Shown here: positions 47,363 through 64,000 of the stretch, piece by piece
Layout: every line of letters begins with the position of its first letter
Numbering within the stretch: position 1 is the first letter of the stretch
NCBI RefSeq assembly: GCF_009914755.1
Contig: NC_060940.1
Origin: the human T2T-CHM13v2.0 reference genome, Homo sapiens
Length of the DNA stretch: 64,000 bases
Strand: one strand, 5' to 3'
Position numbers and translations under genes: made by a program
Notes under the pieces: generated by a model
The model's database searches: none
The model's input: only the letters and a program-made list of their open reading frames with translations
What the model was told of the DNA's origin: nothing

Positions 47363-48085
47363 TGATTAGCTGGGATCACAGGTGCATGACAGCATGCCCA
47401 CCTAATTTTTTTGTATCTTTTGTAGAGGTAGGATCTCACTATGTTGCCCAGGCTGATCTTGAACTGCTGAGCTCAAGCAGTCTGCCTGCCTCTGCCTCCC
47501 AAAGTGCTGGGATTATAGGTGTGAGCCATCGTTCCCAGCCTTGTTTTGTTTTCTTGAGATAGGGTCTTCTCTGTCACCCAGGCTGGAGTGTAGTGGTGCT
47601 ATCATAGCTCACTGCAGCCTCGATCTTGTGGACTCAAGCAATCCTCCCGAGTCTCCTGAGTAGCTGGGACTACAGGTGAATGACAACACACCTGCTAATT
47701 GTTAAACTTTTGTGTAGAGATGGACTCTCCCTAGGTTTCCCAAGCTGGTCTGGAACTCCTGGCCTCAAGCAATTTTCCTGCCTTGGCCTCCCAAAGTGCT
47801 GGGATTACAGGTGTGAACCACTGCAGCTGGCTCTGGATAATCTTCCTCAAACTCTCCTGATTAGAGACCCTTGAAACTTTAATGCTCCTTTACTCAGTGC
47901 CACATACCAACCTTGGCTCTTTTCATAACCTTATTCATCCTCAGAGCAATCCTGTGAGGTAGGTGTTCTTATTCCCATTTTACAGAAGAAAAACAGAAGC
48001 TTAGGGCTGGGCACAGTGGCTCACGCCTGTAATCCCAGCACTTTGGGAGGCCTAAACGGATGGATCATTTGAGGTCAGAAGTTCA

Positions 48086-48391
<306 letters not shown>

Positions 48392-48971
48392 TCAGAATTC
48401 TCAAGGAGACCAGAGACTCTCGTCAGTGTGCACACAGGTTGTCTGGGGACCTTGTTAGTGTGCAGATGCTGGATCAGCAGCTCAGGTGGGGCGTGAGATG
48501 CTGCATTTCCAGCAAGGTCCCAAGTGATGGCAATGTAGCTGATCATACTTGAAGTTGCAACATACCATTTTGCCTTTTTTTCTCTATGCCTTTACTGTCT
48601 CCCACCTCCCTACCCCTGTCACCCCCTCCAACTCAGGGTCAGTTCTTCCATAAGGCTCCTCGTAGGACTGGTCACATTGTCTTTTGTGTGTCCCACCTCT
48701 GCTTGGAGTCTGGCTTGGTACACCCATCCACGCATCCAGGTTTTGCTTCCCTATGGGACTGTAAGTTCCTTGAAAATAAACTCTTCTTAAAAATCTCTTG
48801 GCTGGGCCGCAGTGGCTCATGCCTGTAATCCCAGCACTTCAGGGGGCTGAGGTGGGAGGATCACTTGAGGCCAGGAGTTCCAGACCAGCCTGGGCAATCT
48901 AGTGAGACCCCATCTCTACAAACATAAAAAAAATTAGCCAAGTGTGTGGTGCATGCCTGTAGTCCCAGCTA

Positions 48972-49166
<195 letters not shown>

Positions 49167-50166
49167 TCAAAGAATCCCAGCATCATCCATCTCTGCGTGA
49201 GCCAGAAAAGCTTCACTCTTGATCCCTTTTCATCCCCCACACCCACTGCATCACCCGTTCAACTTAATAGCCCCAGCTCCCTCCCAAATCAGCTCCCTCT
49301 GCCCGTCTCCATGCTGTCCTAGGCCAAGCCACCACTGCCTGCAGCCTAGGCTAGTGCCACAGCCGCTTCACGGGTGGCTGTTTCCCCTCTGGCCTCTCAA
49401 ATCCATCTTCCATGCTGCAGCCAGAATGATATTTTCTTTGGTTTTTTCTTTGTTTTTTTTTTTTGAGACGGAGTCTCAGTCTGTTGTCCAGGCTGGAGTG
49501 CAGTGGCGCGATCTTGGCTCACTGCAACCTCTGCAGTGAGGTTCAAGCGATTCTCCTGCCTCAGCCTCCCAAGTAGTTAGGATTACAGGTGTTCACCACC
49601 ACGCCTGGCTAATCTTTGTATTTTTAATAGAGACAGGGTTTCCCCATGTTGGCCAGGCTGGTCTCAAACTCCTGAACTCAAGTGATCCTCCTGCCAAAGT
49701 GCTGGGATTACAGGCGTGAACCACCACTCCCGGCCTATTGTAGTTTAATTAATATGCCTAAACATTGACTCATTTTAAGCATACAGTTCAGTGAATTTTT
49801 TCAAAAAATTATTTATGTAGAGACAGGGTCTTGCTCTGTCACCCAGGCTGGAGTGCAGTGGCGCAATCATAGTTCACTGCAGCCTCAAACTCCTGGCCTC
49901 AAACATCTTCCCATTTCAGCCTCCCTAAGTGCTGGAATTACAGGCATGAGCCACCATGCCTGGCCTTCAGTGAGTTTTGGTAGATGTACACGGTTGTGCA
50001 AAAGTTTCCTTCTCTTGCCCATGACCCCAGGCAACCACTAATCTGCTTTCTGTCACCTTACTTTTGCCTTCTCTGGATGTTCATATAAATGGAATAACAG
50101 TATGCAGTGTTTTGTGTCTGGCTTCTTTTACTTAACACAATGTTTCTGCGTTTGTATCAGTAGTTC

Positions 50167-51771
<1,605 letters not shown>

Positions 51772-52371
51772 GTTCATTCCTTTTTCTTGTTAAGCTATTC
51801 CCGTTGTATGAATAGATTATGCCCCTGTTGATGGACATGTGGATTCTTTTCATTTTTGGGCTATTATGAATAATGCATTTATGAACATTCATATACAGGT
51901 TTTTGTTTGGACACGTTTTCATTTCTCATTGGTGGTTACCTAGGAGTGGAATTGCTGGGTCATATGGGAAGTGTATATTTAATTTTTATTTATTTAGTTT
52001 TTTTGTAGAGATGAGTCTTGCTTTGTTGCCCAGGCTGATCTTGAACTCCTGGGCTGAAGTGATCCTCCCACCTCAGCTTCCCAAAGGGCTAGGATTACAG
52101 GCATGAGCCACTGTGCCTGGCCAAAAACACAATTTTTAAAATGGACAAAAGAGCTGGGTGCAGTGGCTCACACCTGTAGTCCTAGCATTTTGGGAGGATG
52201 AGGTGGGAGGATTGCTTGAGTTCAGGAGTTCCAGACTAGCCTGGACAACATAGCGATAACTCATCTCTACAAATATAAAAATTAAAATGACACTGGGCAT
52301 GGTGGCTCACCCCTGTAATCCCAGCACGGTGGGAGGCTGAGGCGGGCAGATCACTTGAGGTCAGGAGTTCA

Positions 52372-52614
<243 letters not shown>

Positions 52615-52899
52615 TTACATGGATACAAGTCCTTTGGCAGATAGATGCTTTGTAAATATTTTCATTCAACCTGTGGCTTGCCTTTTCACTTCAGAGGTGC
52701 AATTTACAATGCGTATCACTCTCTAGATAAGCTCCACGAGGGAAGGGAGTAAGTCTGCCTTTCCCTGAAACCTGGTAAAATGCCAGGCACATACATGTTC
52801 AATAATATCTTGTTGAGGGAATTAAATGCCTGCAACCTGAAGTTCCTGTCCGCCAGGGGAAACCAAGCTTAAGGTTCTGAAACACGAGGCACCTAATAT

Positions 52900-52915
52900 G
52901 GGGGGGGGGGGGGGG
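52900..52915. repeat. G16 homopolymer
   Basis: Read directly from the sequence. Confidence 0.95.
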
Positions 52916-53393
52916 TTAAAGCCAATTATGGGTATTCGGACTCGAAATAGTTTCTAACAAGGCGTTTTGGGGTTGGGGGATGCTCTCCCCACGAGATTCC
53001 AGGATTTCAGTAGAGGGCCTTTAAGGGCTGGTTGAAAGATGGGTCTTGAAGCTGTATTTGCACAGAACTATACTAATTTTACTTAGAGTGCTTTATTAGA
53101 TGTAGCTTGGAGATTATAGGGTGCCACTAAAGAACCACTCCCAAGTTATCCCTTTGACCCTAGTCCTGCAGCTGGGAGTCTCCTTAGGCTAGGAGCTCCT
53201 GCCTGCCCTACAAAAGCCCACCGGAGGGCGCAAGGGCTCCAATCCCGATTGGAGTGAGGAAAAATATGCTCCAGGAGCGGCGGGTGGAGACGCTTCCTTT
53301 AATAGGTATTTAAGTGTCCACGGTGAAGGCTCAGGAGTTTACAAGGCTAGCAGGGTTGGGGAATCTCAACAAAGGGCGGGGCGTTGCTCAAGC

Positions 53394-53491
53394 TCCATCC
53401 GTCCGTCCGTCCATCCCTCCGTCCCTCCAATCCTCCATCCATCGCGCTGCTCAAGCTCCATCCATCCATTTATCCATCCATCCATCCATCC
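53394..53491. repeat. Imperfect (TCCA/TCCG)n tetranucleotide repeat with an internal duplication
   Basis: Read directly from the sequence. Confidence 0.85.
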
Positions 53492-54266
53492 TTTATTGAG
53501 AGTAAAAAGCCGCCAACCAGACCCTGGGAGGAAGACAGGATGGTTCCCGAGAACTAGGGCTGCTCCTTGGCTTTTAGAGGTATCTACTACTTCCAAAACC
53601 TTTTGAGACCCCATTATCCCGTTTGATGAAGATGGAGTCTGCCACGTGGGGGTTCCAGATAAGACAGCTGAGATTCGGAAGGGCAGGCGACTCCACCTAG
53701 TCACGGGGACGCTCTTTTTGACGCTCCAGGGACCGCAGGGTCTGGGAAAGTTCCTGGTTACTCCGGCGACCGGCCGGCCGTCACATGACATGTGAGCCCG
53801 GGCGGAACGCCCAAGAGGCTTCCGTAGTCGGGTGGCAGGTCACGTGTCGAAGGCTTGCCCGCGGGGACCCCTTCCACCCTGGCTCCCGCGTCACATGACC
53901 GGCTTTAAGCAACATGGCGGCTGCCGTGGTGCAGCGCCCGGGCTGAGCGACAGCAAGTGCAGCGGGCTCCTACCCCGGGTGAGGGGTGGCCTCCGCGTGG
54001 GATCGTGCCCTCTTCAGCCCGCTCCTGTCCCCGACATCACGTGTATTCCGCACGTCCCCTCCGCGCTGTGTGTCTACTGAGACGGGGAGGCGTGACAGGG
54101 CCCGGGTCCCTTCTCAGTGGTGCTCTGTGCTTCAGGGCAAGCTCCCCGTCTCCGGGCGCACTTCCCTCGCCTGTGTTCGGTCCATCCTCCTTTCTCCAGC
54201 CTCCTCCCCTCGCAGGTGGGATCGTCGGTGGGACCGGAGCGCGGGCGGGCGCGGCCCCCCGGGACC

Positions 54267-63414
<9,148 letters not shown>

Positions 63415-63639
63415 GAGGCTGCCGCTCACCTACCTGCACATCTGCCACAGCTGGCCCTGGGCCCACCCCACGAAGGGCCTGGGCCTAACCCCTTGGCCTG
63501 GCCCAGCTTCCAGAGGGACCCTGGGCCGTGTGCCAGCTCCCAGACACTACCTGGGTAGCTCAGGGGAGGAGGTGGGGGTCCAGGAGGGGGATCCCTCTCC
63601 ACAGGGGCAGCCCCAAGGGCTCGGTGCTATTTGTAACGG

Positions 63640-63645
63640 AATAAA
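63640..63645 (+). terminator. SPNS1 polyadenylation signal AATAAA
   Basis: Canonical hexamer about 225 nt after the stop codon. Confidence 0.85.
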
Positions 63646-63976
63646 ATTTGTAGCCAGACCCCAGGTGCCTGCTCTCGTCTTTCTCTGGGTGGCCTCTGAT
63701 CTTGCACCCCGTCTTCACCCCAGGGCTCCTGAAGACTGTGGGTCATTCCTCAGGGCTCTGGGTGAGTCTCTGCCCTTCTGGGCTGGGCGACTGAGATGGG
63801 GGACTGCTCTTCTCCGAGTGAGCTGGCTGAGTGTGACCGTGAGTCACGCCCCTGCTTCCCTGGAGCCTGTCCCTTGCCTCACAGGCCTGGCTGAGGTGGG
63901 GGTGGGCACTGCCCTTTGTACCCCAGAATTCCCACTGTCAGGGCCTCCCTGCTCGCTGCCTCCCCGGGTCCTGGAT

Positions 63977-64000
63977 ATGGAGGCCACGGCTGCCAGCTGG
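63977..64000 (+). CDS. LAT: Start of the N-terminally extended isoform of linker for activation of T cells (partial)
   Basis: ATG GAG GCC ACG GCT GCC AGC TGG = MEATAASW, the recalled N-terminus of the long LAT isoform; LAT is the known downstream neighbour of SPNS1. Only 8 codons are visible. Confidence 0.7.

Overview
Human genomic DNA, recognisable from the encoded proteins as the distal 16p11.2 gene cluster. It contains the 5' end of RABEP2 (minus strand, coding exons 1-2), complete CD19 (+, 14 coding exons plus a 3'UTR exon, 556/557 aa), complete NFATC2IP/NIP45 (+, 8 exons, 419 aa, MIR4517 in intron 5), complete SPNS1 (+, 12 exons, 528 aa), and the first 8 codons of the long LAT isoform at the right edge. 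All three complete genes splice by hand at GT-AG sites into intact reading frames of the expected length. The rest is extremely Alu-dense, with L1, L2, MIR, MaLR, ERV1 LTR and hAT remnants. Nearly all ORFs in the supplied track are Alu or GC-rich shadow ORFs. I see no new protein-coding system. The best leads are cis-acting: a TISU-context uORF amid CLEAR boxes at the SPNS1 start; MIR4517 looking like a MIR-derived mini C/D-box or tailed-mirtron element at an AG|GT site; a GC-box array in CD19 intron 7 that may be an antisense promoter; a perfect-Kozak ATG in CD19 intron 2 in frame with exon 3; degenerate telomere-variant hexamer arrays in CD19 introns; and an Alu-split palindrome downstream of CD19. 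Repeat family names come from recalled consensus similarity, and repeat boundaries are approximate.
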